DNA of 64,000 nt, from positions 25,794,001 to 25,858,000 of the forward strand of contig CM097885.1 of the NCBI GenBank assembly GCA_044892525.1. Reading direction: 5' to 3'. Source of the DNA: Schmidtea polychroa. Lineage: Eukaryota. The notes below the pieces were generated by a model that did no database searches, was not told the origin of the DNA, and worked only from the letters and a program-made list of their open reading frames with translations. This document shows positions 24,421-37,300 of this stretch, piece by piece (positions within the stretch are counted from its first letter, which is position 1; each line of letters starts with the position of its first letter). Position numbers and translations under genes: made by a program.

Positions 24421-26928
24421 CCCATGTTTTAGAATTATAAATTTATGTTTTATAATTTGTACTTTGATAATTTTCGATTTATAATTTTAAATTTTTCAAT
24501 TTAGGGATTTACAATCTTGTAATTTATAATTATAATTTCATATTTTGAAATTTATACATTCATATTTTATAAGTTATAATTGCTTAACTTATAATTTATA
24601 AGTTTATAATCTAAAATTTATACTTTTGTATTTTGTAATTCGCATTTTCATACTTTATAATTTGAAATTTTTAGTCGACGGAATATACTTCTTACAACTT
24701 CCTTTCTATGATCAACATTGTTTTCCGCAGTACTTACAGATTTCCTGGTCCTATTTGTGGATTAAACTTCAGAGTTCTAGCGCGTCTATCGCCTATCTGT
24801 AACCAATCCTAAGTTGATTTTTATACGAAAAATTGTTTACTCTCTCTGATCAGACTTTCTCCATTAACAATTTACATTTTCAGGATCGACGTGATTTGTA
24901 CCTAGCTATCGTAATTATTTATAACTTATAGTTTTATAGTTAACAACAAGAATATTACAACTAAGAGCCTACACATTTACAAACATTTTAAAGTGGGAAC
25001 TAGATTTAAAATGTCTATCTTTACTCGGAATCAGCATATCTAGATCAAGTTATACCTGTACGTATGCCGAATATCTCTCTTATTTCTATTACTTTATCAA
25101 AGATCCTTACTACAAAATCTAGTTCGGCATATGTCTAAGTATAATTGAAATTACCATTATGGATCAACTAGTTACATTAATGTGAGTGTAGAATTGTGTA
25201 ATTTTAGGTACGAGCTCTACTCAAATTAGAACCTTAGTGTAGAGTTATTGTTCAGGATTTTAAGTGTTGAGTTTAATTGTATATTACGCAATGAGTCGGG
25301 AAGAATATTGCTTCCATGGCCCCACTGTGACCACTTCCACAAACCTTAGTGTTGTGTGCTAAGTCAACCATTTACGGCTGACCTTAAATAAATACGAAGA
25401 GTCAGACGGAGGGTTTCCTCGACCTAACTCCATGGCAGGACCATGAAGTAGTTCGACCTCCAGCTGACCCGAACAAAAGAACCATATAATAAGAGATTAA
25501 TATAATATAAATAATGCATGTTTGCATGTACTATGAGGATTTTAACAAATTGGATGCAGGACTGAACAACGACGCAGGAATACCAGTACGCCGTTGAACA
25601 TTCGTACATCAAAAAATTAAAAAAAAAAAAACATCAAATATGGAATTACTTTAATCTTAAATAAATCATAACTACATGATAATAATAAAAAATTCAATCA
25701 TATATACTCACTATGTAGATTGGAAAAGTTTTTGTTCAAAATTTGGCATAAAATAATGATTGATTCTGACTGAAACGTGTCAGTATATATACCTATTTTG
25801 TACACGTGTATGTATTGATGCATTAAAACAAACTCGAATTCTTTTTATTCCAGAATTTTCTATTTTGCGATTTTGATATTTTTAATGGCAATTTTTGTGC
25901 CATAATTTTTGTTTTTATTTTTAAATTTTTATTTTTTAATTATTTTTCGTTAATTTGACGTCCATGATGGATTTGGAACGGTTCCAGAACATTCTATTTT
26001 ACTTTTAATTTAATTTTTATTCTAACTGGTGTTTTATGACTTTCTTTTTAAGATTTATTATTTTTAATACTAATTTATTTATTTTCTCTAACTTTTATTG
26101 TTCTAGCTGGCTTTTGTGATGGTAATCGCCATTTTAATGGAATGTTCTGGGTTTTTCTGGATTTTTTTCGGTTTTTATCGTCTTTTAAGTTATTCGAGTC
26201 TGTTTTATGTTTATCTGTGTTTATTTGGTTATTTTCGAGTTCTATTTTGCATAACCTCTTGCTTTTGGTATAATTTTATTTAATTTCTGTGTTTAGGTTT
26301 TTGTTGTTTTTTCCTTTAATTACTATTGTTTATTTGGTGTAGTTTTTAATATTTAACTATACTTTTTGCTTTTTACATGCTGTGTACTTACACATTTCAG
26401 TCACAATTAGAAATTTGGGTCTAGAAGTCAGTTCTAGCCCAACAGTTTATTTCCATGTAAGCCACATCTATAACAATCTGTTCTAGGAATTCAGAGCAAT
26501 ATCTAAGAATAAATGTTTCCTTGGTTCTTGTCTGATCGATCTTTCTCTTAGCGCAGATCTCGCAACATCGTAAACAGAGTTGGATTGTTTCTTGCATTTT
26601 CGGCCAATAAAATATCTATAAAATATCCATATAATGAAATAATTTCTTAAATCCAATGTGACATAGTTCTTCATGTAGCGTTGTTGTTAACAGGCCTGCA
26701 AATGTTTCTGGGACTAACATTAAGATATTTTTGTTCTTTTCTACTGTTATTAATCCTCCATCAATTAGTGTATTTTTTACGTTAAAAGGAAAACAATTCT
26801 TTTTCTCCCGTGTACATCCATTTTCCAATATCTCTCGCAGCTCTCGAAACCGAATGTCCTTTTGTTGTTGTTCCCATACTTTTTCCATAGCTTCTGTTCT
26901 TTGGATAGTATATATATATATATATATA

Positions 26929-27711
26929 TGTTGAGTTTTTATTTGTAAGTCGGTCCTGTCTCTGACTCCTCGTGTTCTTATTTTACCAAATCAATGAAAA
27001 CTCAACACAGAATAAATTTATTTGATTTTTATCACAATTACAATCTGTCACTGTTTGCACCTTTCTTTCAATTCAGATTTATTTTATGAGGTAAAAACCC
27101 AAGGGGCAATTACCTTTTCTTGTACTATTCTAGCTTCTTTATAATTCACAAATTTCCTCTTTTGACTTGTCCTTGCTGGATTTTCTGCTTAGCTTTTTCC
27201 TTTTCCTCTTCGACCAAATGGCGGCTTGCTCATTTCTAAGCTCTCCTTTTATACTGTGTCTAAGAGGCCAATTATCTAGCAAAATGAAATTAATTGTTTC
27301 CCCGGGCACCCTAAGTAAATTTTGAACGGTTCGACAATTATTTTAATTTATTTACCCTGCAATTATAATTCGAATTGTTATTCCCCTATCTGGTGTCTCG
27401 GGTCTCACTGCGCATCGGGTTTTCTTCAGTGCTCGGGTTCCTCATGGGCTCGGGCTTTCCATTACAGATTAATTAATTTTAATTAATTTGTTTTTCCTTA
27501 TTAACTTTTTCTATGATCACCCTATTACATTTTTATTATGCTTTCTAACCTCGTCTAACAATTTGGCATTCAACCATACCCGATACCCCCGTTCAATATT
27601 GACTTTTAATTTTTATTAAATTTTAATTAATTTTGTACTTATATTGATTTTACCAATTTTTGTTCTGCTTTCTGGTACCCTGTGAAATTTATTTTGTTTT
27701 TGCTCTAACCC

Positions 27712-27716
<5 letters not shown>
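26929..27716 (-). mobile_element. 788-bp solo LTR flanked by (TA)10 and (TA)30
   Basis: Termini TGTTG...CAACA; minus-strand TATAAAAG (27246-27253) followed by AATAAA signals; short CTCGGG repeats in the U3-like part; sits between RNase H and integrase of the host pol. Confidence 0.8.
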
Positions 27717-27778
<62 letters not shown>

Positions 27779-30249
27779 CCTTGATTTTCCTTCCTTAGTT
27801 TCTTCATGTCTTGCTTGACACTGGGTGCAAACCATACTTTTTAATCTTGATAGTCCATCTGCATTCGAGTGGTCTTCGCCTTTACGATATTTTAGTTCAA
27901 AATCATATTCCGACAGGTTAGCTAACCATGTTTGGAACTGCGGACTGATTGGCGTTTTTGTAGTGTTTATGAAAACCAATGCCTTGTGGTCAGTGCGAAT
28001 TATGAAATTTTTCCCGTACAGATATTCTCTAAAATGCATTACTTATTCATGCATGGCGAGCAGTTCTTTCCTGGTCACACAGTATCCCTTTTCATGTGAT
28101 GACATATGTCGCGAGCCATAAGCTATGACAGATTCTTCTCCATCTTCTGTAATTTGACTCAAAACTGCACCAATGGCTCCGAAACTAGCGTCTGTGTCTA
28201 AGATAAAAGTCCTATCTTCTCTTGGAAAATCAAGGATAGGTGCTTCGCACAACCGTCTCTTCAGAGTTTGGAAGCTCTCATTGCATTCTTTAGTCCAATT
28301 TATATCTTTATCACATCCAGATGTTGCAGCGTATAATGGTTCGGCGATTTTGGTATAGTCTTTGATGAATCTTCTATAGTAGTTCGTTAATCCGAGAAAC
28401 AATCTCAATTGTTTTGAACATTTTGGTACTTCTGCTTTCTTGATCTCTTCCACTTTCCTCCTGTTTGTCTGGATACTCATATCGTTAATTGTGTGACCAA
28501 GGAAACACAATTCTGTTTTATTGAATTTGCATTTTTTTGGATTTATCTTCAGTCCTGCCACTTGAATTCTTCTGAATATTTCCCTTAATAGCTCATCGTG
28601 GTCTTTTTGACTTTTACCATATACCAAGATATCATCTAGATAAACTACTACTCCCTTGAATAGCATTCCTTCTAGCACTGTGTGCATCAGTCTCTGGAAT
28701 GTCGCAGGAGCTGTTGCTAAGCCAAACGGTAGTCTATTGAAGCAAAATTGTCCTTCTCTTGTACTGAATGCAGCCATTTCTTGAATTTCTGGAGCCAACT
28801 CCACTTAATAATACGCCTGACCTAAATCGATTGACGAAAATATTTTTGCATTCGCGAGACAGTCTAGTAAGAATTTTGTGTTAAGCATAGGAAATGACTC
28901 TTTTTCTGTTATGGAATTTAATTCACGATAATCTACACACATCCTGATAGATCCATCTTTCTTTCCTACTATCACTAACGGTGCATTCCAAGGACTCTTG
29001 CAACACCGAATAACATTTGCTTTCATTAACTCTTTTATCAGTTCTTTAATCCTTTTCTCCATGTGCATCGGTTGACGTCGAAGATGTTGCATTATTGGGC
29101 CTCCTGTTATCCGTATCTCATGTCGAACTAGGTTTGTAAATCTCAGATCGAATTTCGATGCCATAAAAAGTCCGCCGTATTCCCTGATCATTCCTTCAAT
29201 ATCTTTATTATTCTCACCTGCCATCGCCACTAGTGCTTTATTTATTCTTTCTTCATCAGTGTAAAATTTGTTTGTCAATGACGTTTCTATATTATTGATT
29301 TTCATTAACTTTACTCCAAACTCTTTCATTGTATCAATGCCCCTATTAATTCTGGTTTGATCTCTTTTACCACTACTACTGTGATTATTTTGGTCTTCTG
29401 ATTCCATGTGGCCGATATAGTCATGTATCACATTGTTTCTTCACCTCCAGTTGAAAAAACTCCGTACAATAATATCATACTACGTTTAAGTTCTGGTTTG
29501 CCTATTTTCTCCCAAAAATTCTTGCTCATGACTGTTACTGATGCTCCAGAGTCCCATAACATCTCTGTTTCGGTTTAATTCAACATTATTTTACTCCAAT
29601 TTCTTCCATCTTTCGTCTGGTACATCACTTCTTCTGCCTCGTCTCTTTGTCGTTCATTTCTTATTTCACAATTTATTGTCTTGACTCCACCGACGAAATG
29701 AAACCCATGGAATCGCTGATGTTTTTTCCGTCTTCTCTCAATATAGTATATTTCTCAGGGACATTGTATCTATCTTCGATATTGCTGTGATCCATTCTGA
29801 AATCCTGGCTGTTCTCGGTGTAATCTCTTGTTTCTGATTTTGAATCTTCTTCTTCTATGCACGCTATTCTTTGATATCGGTGTGGAACATCTTTCCGTAA
29901 TGAAAAACAATCTCGGAACCCGTGTCCTTCCTTGCCACATATCAGGCATTTATTTCCCAGTGGACACTCATACCTTCTATGTCCCCTTTCGCCACAGCAA
30001 AAACAATCACCTACCGCTAATTTTGGGACCCATGCTTGTGGTAGTCATTTTTACTTTGGTGTGCATTGTTTATGCACCCCTTCTGTGTGTTCTACTATGC
30101 ATTTTTTTATTATTCTGTGTGTGTGCTTGAATGAGTTACAGTAATTGAAATTAATGAATTTTACTGGAATCGAATTGTTTTTTGTTTTATAAAGCTTATC
30201 AATTAACATTTTTCAATTTTCATCCCTGATTTTTCTTCAATTGACATTT

Positions 30250-30410
30250 TGTATTTATTAAAAATATACTATGAATCACTAAAGACACCGATGTTTTGTT
30301 GTTATTCACGAATTTTAGGCACAGTCTCACTTGAAAAAGCCTTTGTCGAAAATTCGTGAATATCAAAAAAGTCATCGGTGTCTTTACTGATTCATAATCA
30401 ATTTTTTCAA
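30250..30410. repeat. palindrome made of two opposed copies of the CACTTGAAAA TIR-family sequence
   Basis: TGAATCACTAAAGACACCGATG...TATTCACGAATTTT pairs with AAAATTCGTGAATA...CATCGGTGTCTTTACTGATTCA; homologous to 4100-4185 and 6866-6957. Confidence 0.85.
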
Positions 30411-31799
30411 ATAATATAATTTAAATTAATAAAAATAAAATTAACATTTCAAACAAAAAACTATATAATTATAAAACATATTTTCATTTATTTATAATTG
30501 TTTACTCAAAAATACTTATATTATTTTATCAATTTTATATGCATGCAGTTATCATTTTCTCATATGTTTTATTGCAAATTCATTAATAATTTCATCATAA
30601 TTTAAACTTGGCTAATTAAGACTTAACAAATTAAATGGCAAAAGAGCTTAAAAGTTTTATACTAATAGTCGATCTCAAAAATCAATTATAAAAATAATTT
30701 ATTAATAACATTTTATTTAAAAATGGGAACGAGGCCGGGCCTTACCAGCACAGGGCCTCGTGCAGTCACACAGCGATTCAATATCGTTAATGCTTCAAAC
30801 TTCCACACTTATACTTAAAAAAAAACTTTGTAGTTTGGTAATGGATGACTAGAAGAACAAAATCTTTTCTAATTGTTCCAGAGTTGGGTCTAAATTTGTA
30901 TAAATCGTTTTGAAATGTTTGTCAGCATTACCTTTCTCGGATATTGCGAAGTAAGCATTAAATAATTAACATATAAACCTACCTTTAAAATTAATAAAGC
31001 AATATTTCCCCTGCCAATTATCATAAAAATAATAAAGTCTTTTTCTTTTACATTTATTTATAATGGGTTTGAATAAAATAAAATGAATTTTTATTGCATT
31101 GAACTTACTTGAGGAAGTCGAAATCACAATCACAGGTGACCAAATGATGCTCCCTATGATAATAAAATTTAGAAGTGAATTATACTGTATGACAAAGAGT
31201 CCACCAACGAAATAAATACACTACCATATTTATGTATCCAGAAAAGGGAATCAAATCGCAAGTCTATAAAACTGTAACTAAATCATTGGTTCTGTAAGTA
31301 GTGGTCCGTGGATTATTACTATCATCAGTCTGTGGCAGAGTAACAAATTAATTTTTTTTCCACCCCTTTTATTTAATATACCAAATGGAGTACTGAAACA
31401 CAAAACAGAAGGCATTGTAAATTAAGAATTCTGTGATCATTAACAAATGTTTAGCGCTTGTCCATAACTTTAAGAACCATTGCAATAAATCACTTCAGCA
31501 GCGTAAATCTTTCTTCATAATTTTAAATAATAAAAATCCACCATCGTCTTTTTGACCACTGGCCTAAATATCATTATGTCTAAGTAGACGATGTATCAAT
31601 AAGTATGTGATTTTTTTCAAAGTTTGTATACCATCATTATCATACGATGAGTTTTCATATATTATTAACGAAAATTGCAATAAAAGAAAGTATTTAGAAA
31701 GTATTAGAAAGTATTAGAAAGTATTTTTTAAAATTTAAAAGAAAAGTCGACAATAAACATACCATCGCCATCAGTTTCTTTGCCGTGACAAACTGAAAA

Positions 31800-33412
31800 A
31801 CAATATTAACAAGAACTACAAAAGAAAGAGCAGAGGCTCCATTTTGATGACAAGTACATCACGGATAAGGTTGATGAGAAAGAGTTGAGCATCAGGTGAT
31901 ATTGATAAAAAATAAAGACCGAGATATCCGTATACACACCACAAAATTACGTGGGTGGTTTCGACTGTACACGAAAAAGAGAAATCGTGTGTTTTAGTAA
32001 GTCAACACATCGCCATCATGTAAGGTCACTATCACTCCGGTCGGTTTCCCGCAAAACATCCCCGTACTCAAACAATCGGTCTGGGATTTAATTTCTTATC
32101 TGAATTATTGTGGGAAAATTACGAATACTCATCTGGTAGCACATACCGGCATTCGTTAAAAATGGGTCATCAATTATTCAGCTCCCTATTTTCTTTATCA
32201 TCTTAATTATGCTCATCCAGAAATTGTACTAGGGGTAACAGGATATATCATAGTTCAGTAATATAATACCATTTTCCCTTGACGGCGAAGTAAAGAAGGG
32301 ATTGGGTGGGATTTGATCGAGACAAAGCCGACAAAATCGAAAATAAATAATAACTAATTTAATGATTTAGAATTTAAATTTCCTAATACTGTGGTGGCTT
32401 TTCGTTGCGCCACGAAAAGTGCTGAAAGCTGATTATATTGCTATTCAAATTCACTGTAAAGTTCTTAAGTACGGCTAGTAATACTGATACAATACCGTTA
32501 GAGTATTATTGGTGATTGAGTACATTGCTATGGATCGCTAATTGTGTGACGGGCATCTTAATGACGGGCATCGATAACTAATATGATAACCGCGGTGTGG
32601 CATTCTCCACTGGGAATAATGGTAGGTGTAATTATATGTGTCATCCATCATTCCTACTGTGGATAGTCATTCGTCCATCGGCATTTAATTTCGGATTTCG
32701 GTTAAAGTAATGACTGATTATATCATTGGCACTATAATGCTGATGATTTCTTATCTACAGTTGTCAATTTTCTCGTTATCTGGCCAAATGTGTTTACATG
32801 TCCCATCTCAGGAAAAGATAAGAATTTACGGATGTGTGGTAGAGATTCATGTTGGGAGAAATGTGTGCGCGGCATCATAGACATTGATGTACTGGTGGAT
32901 TTTATCACACTAATGGTAAATATTTATGTCTAATTGATGAAAATTTTGATTTTTATTTAGATTGTCGAGACATTATCTGTGACAAGATCAAGTCCAACTG
33001 AATTTTCTCATAGAATCAGATTTCACTGGTTTTCCGATAGACGTCGCATATAAGGGTGGCGTTATGCGCTAGCACAAAGTAGGTAAATTCGCATTTCGTG
33101 CGTAATGAATTTAATCGTTGATTTTCTCTATCAGACTGTGGAGCAGGGTACTCTAATAACTTCACTCTATCTCTTCGAGTTTGGATTTCCTATATGTGCT
33201 TAACCGAAAAAATGAAGCTGGAATTCTAAAAATTAGCAACGATGCTCAATTTGACGGCAATTTCGATTGTTCTAGTGGAATTTTTCAAATATGTATGTTC
33301 GATCGCAACTAAATGAAACCTCTGGATTTTTCTATTCGATCTCCTCATCTCGTCTCTGAGTTTCTCCACTCCTCACGACACACCCAAGAGTCACAGGTAT
33401 CGCTACCCACCA
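31800..33412 (+). mobile_element. diverged giant-LTR-family relic with degenerate ORFs
   Basis: Raised GC; EISVYTPQNYVGGFDCTR (31921-31974) and FLSELLWENYE resemble the 9.8-kb relic; ends in ACCCACCA at 33412. Left boundary approximate. Confidence 0.5.
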
Positions 33413-33429
33413 CTCTCGCATCATCGTGA

Positions 33430-33725
33430 GGGACAGTTCCACTCCACATAATTCAAATTCAAAAATAATAAATAAAAAAAAAAATAAATAAATAGTGGCT
33501 ACCTTATTTCCTATAATTATTCCTATTCTAATGATTTTTAATTTTTAATTATTCTTATTTTTCTTTTATTATTTATTTCGGTTTCTTCTAGTGGGTTTTC
33601 TTGGTTTTCTTGTTATGTTGCTTAGATTCGGTTGGGGTTACCTTACTTATTTATTTTATGTGGTTCCCTCTTTCATACTCGATTCAACTCCATCGAAATT
33701 TATACCTTTGAAATTTAACCCAACA
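33430..33725 (-). mobile_element. 5' end fragment of a TGTTGGG-type LTR
   Basis: Plus strand is T-rich like 25900-26400 and ends CCCAACA (33725), followed by TATATAT. Confidence 0.45.
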
Positions 33726-34342
33726 TATATATTACTGGGTAGCTTGTTAGTTTTTATTTAATATACGGTTTGTGATATATCCTTCTTTGTACATATTCAA
33801 TATTTTTACAAAGGAGTAAATTAATAATTACAGAAAAATAATTAATATTATAAAATAATTAAGTTAAATAAATTACAGAAAAATAATTAGTATAATATTA
33901 TAAAGTACTATAAATCTCGTCGTTGAAAGAAATAAATAATATTGCACGCAATTTATAATTAAAAAAATATTATTGTTAAAAAATAACATCTGCTATAAGT
34001 TAATATTATATAAGTATTTAGAATAAGGAAAAAACATCTGTAAAATATATTAAAAATATGTTGTTATTCCGTGCATATAGGCCGGAAATAAATTTTTTTT
34101 ATTAAAATTAGTTAGTATAAATACCTTAATAAAATTCAGTTCAATCGCCCAAAAATTTGCGTTTTAACAAACTATTCATAGGTAAATCTGGCGAATAACT
34201 TTAAATCAAGAGCAGACAGAAACGCTCTACATATTTTGAAAATTGCAGTAACTAAAACATAGCACGCGCAATATAACAGTTTAACAAAAACATATAAGTA
34301 CAAGCATCGAACGTTTAAAGAATTGAATTGATCAACCAAACG

Positions 34343-37300
34343 CAGCGCCGTACTATCGCAAGTGCAACAAGTGCAATCGCACTGGGCCCCCTATTTTTGA
34401 GGGGCCCAAATATTAAATACATTAGAAAAACTTCTCCAATACCATAAATTACTACGAATTGAAAGAAAAAAAAAATTTGAAAATTCAAAATTCGTTTAAC
34501 TTTCAAAAAAATCTAGTTGGCAACGATTTAATTTGAAACAAATATACCTAATAATTCAGTTGTTTTTTGCTTCAAATTGTTATCTTCTGTTTGTTTATTA
34601 TATCGTCTTATTAGTGAAAAGTAATATTATTTCAAAGTTATAAACAGAAATAAGTTTTATTTTAATTTTAGGTTTAACGATTCGTTTATATATTTAATAA
34701 ATTGTAATTTTCACTTTTCAAATTAAATTTGTGTTAACGAACATAGTTTGAAAACATATACATACATTCAAATTTATAGAAGAAATACATCAGGTAAACT
34801 GTTGTTTTTGTAAATTTTTTCACCTCAATTAGAAATGTCGAAAAGATGTTATGAAAGCGGCGCACAAAAAAGAGCAAAACAGGTCCGGAAATCATCAGAA
34901 TTAAATAGGCTTGCTGGATCATTAGATAAATTTTTTAAACGAGGCGAAAGTTCATCAATTTCGAACACTAATTTAATTGAAATATGTAATTCAAATAGTA
35001 TGTCTCAACTTGAAAACAATGTAGAAGAAAATGTCAATGAGCCACAACTTCAGAATATTGATGAGCGAGAATGTAGATGATGAATCAGGAACCAATTGCG
35101 TAAATATTGACGATATTTTATCTGATAATATTTCAGAAATTAGTAATAATCCACAAATAGAGAGCAGTACTTTATCTGCTAAATTTAAATATGATATATT
35201 AGATACTGCAACTTGGCCTGTTGAAATCGACAACAAACAACGGATGTTTTTGGTCTAGCAGTCACCAAAATGTATAGAAGGTATCTATTATAAAAGAAAT
35301 TCTCAAGGAAGATGTTTCAGTGACGCGTTTTTTTATCGGCAAATGAAAAATGGTGAAAAAGAATTAAGAAAATGGCTTCTATATTCTAACTCAACAGGAA
35401 ACATTTTCTGCTTTTGTTGCCGTTTGTTTTCATCGATAAAAATAAGCTTAACTTATGGCGGATTTTCTGACTATGCACACACAGGAAAACGGTTATCTGA
35501 ACATGAATCTTCAAAGGAACATCTTGAATCAGCGTATAAATGGCGAATTCTAGAATTTAATATTAAACGTAGAACAGGAATAGACCATCTCAATGAAGAT
35601 GTGTTCAATAAAGAAAAACGAAGGTGGCGAATAATTTTGAAATGTATAGTAAAAGCGGTATTGTTTTTAAGTGAACGAAATTTAGCTTTTAGAGGCAGCA
35701 ACGAAAACCTTTGTGAACCGAATAATGGTAATTTTTTGGGAGTAATTGAATTAATTTCTGATTTTGTTCCAGAACTAAAAATGCATTTAAAATCAATAAC
35801 TGAAACGGAAAAAAGAGTGACGTCATATTTTTCCGCTAAAATTCAAAACGAGATTATATTACAACTAGCTTCTAAAGTTTTACATATAATAGTAAATAAT
35901 ATTAAATCATCAAAGTACTTTTCAGTTATGATAGATTCAACACCGGATTTTCGCAAAAAAGATCAGTTGTCCATCATTATTCGGTATGTTAAAATAACGG
36001 ACCAAAAGCCAAGTATTCAAGAAAGTTTCTTAAGCTTTGTAAATATATTGTCCTCAACTGGCGAAAATTTAGCAAATGTCCTTATTGAGGAATTAAGAGT
36101 ATTGGGAATCAAAATTGCTGATTGCCGTGGTCAGTCGTATGACAACGCAAGCAATATGAAAGGAGAATATAAGGGAGTGAAAAGTCGAATTTTAGAAATC
36201 AACAATAAAGCATGGTATACACCGTGTGGTGGACACAACATCAATTTAGTAATAGGAGATAGTGTAAAAAACACTATTAAAAGTCAGAATTATTTCACTA
36301 CATTAAATAATATATATAAGATTTTTGCTGCATCGACAAAGCGATGGGCTATTCAAGTAAAATATTTAAAAATTAATCTGAAGGCGCCCAGCGATACTCG
36401 ATGGGAATATCGCTTTAAAAGTATAAAATTCGTGAAATACCAGATTAAAGAAATTAGTCTTGCGCTAGATGAACTTAAAAATACCTACCCAGATTGTAAA
36501 ACTCTTGCTGCATCTTTAATAAAACAAATAAATTCTTATGAATTTATTGTATTAACAACAATTTGGTATCACTTGTTATCAAAGCTTCACATTTTTAGCC
36601 AATTGCTTCAGCGAAAAGATATGGCAATTAATATTGCATTACAACATACAAGTGCTATGCTGTTATCGCTTGATGATTTTAAAAAAAATTTCGAAGAAAT
36701 TATAAAAGAAGCCCGGGAGTCATCGGTTGCAATAAATGCAATAGCACAGTTCACAGAACGGCCTCGTGATACGCAAATATTAACAAGTAGAAACAATGAA
36801 TGTCTTGATAAATCACCAGAACCTAGTTTACCATTACCAAAACGGAGAGTACGTAATCTCAAAAGATTGGCTGACTACTGTTATTATACAGACCATAAAA
36901 ATAAAGCAGATGATAAATATAACTATGGCGATGTTATTAGTACAGATGATATACCAGATAATGAAATTGAACCGTCAGAAGAAGAAATTGAACCAATTGA
37001 ATGCTGTGAAGATATTGATATATATGATCTCATTCCTGAAATTGATGATGAGTGTAATCATCTAACTATAACTGCTGAAGATAAATTTAAACACTCTTAT
37101 TTTTATAAATTAATCGATATTGTAAAAGATTCATTGCAAGAACGATTTGAATCGTATAATTCTTTAAATGAAAATTTCGGTTTTCTTTTCGATAATAAGA
37201 AGCTAAAAACTATGAATACAAATGAATTCAATGCTAATTGTACAAATCTGGTCAAGCACTTAGAAGGCGATATTGAAGAAGTGGAATTTAAAAATGAACT

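Larger units (their letters stand above)
22038..26444 (-). mobile_element. 4407-bp insertion, probable giant solo LTR carrying accessory ORFs
   Basis: Sense termini TGTTGGG...CCCACCA; 4-bp TSD GTTT (22034-22037, 26445-26448); removal restores the integrase frame VIDVAYMEIN|GKNIYMVVMVDRVSK; no gag/pol or internal LTR pair. Confidence 0.85.
21049..30130 (-). mobile_element. decayed Ty3/gypsy LTR retrotransposon (5'-truncated), split by two nested insertions
   Basis: Minus-strand order: two CCHC knuckles (CFCCGERGHRRYEC, CLICGKEGHGFRDC, ~29906-30006), protease LWDSGAS (~29540-29560), RT (RMCVDYRELN, LPFGL, YLDD), RNase H (TDAS, TDH, ADGLSR), integrase (LHEELCH, VIDVA | VMVDR, TDRG, SNGLAER, FSPFE), PPT GAAGGGGAG, 3' LTR. 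Several stops and frameshifts. Confidence 0.95.

Noticed and set aside
22038..26444. Reading the 4.4-kb insert as a TIR DNA transposon or Maverick/Polinton
   Set aside because: Only a 7-bp imperfect terminal inverted repeat and no transposase, integrase or polymerase; not formally excluded as a non-autonomous element.
30134..30200. AGTTACA as the 5' LTR of the 21-30 kb gypsy
   Set aside because: The sequence after it does not match the 3' LTR and there is no adjacent PBS.
30800..31660. Minus-strand exon/intron-like pattern
   Set aside because: The frames I tried contain stops and no family was recognised; at most a decayed pseudogene.
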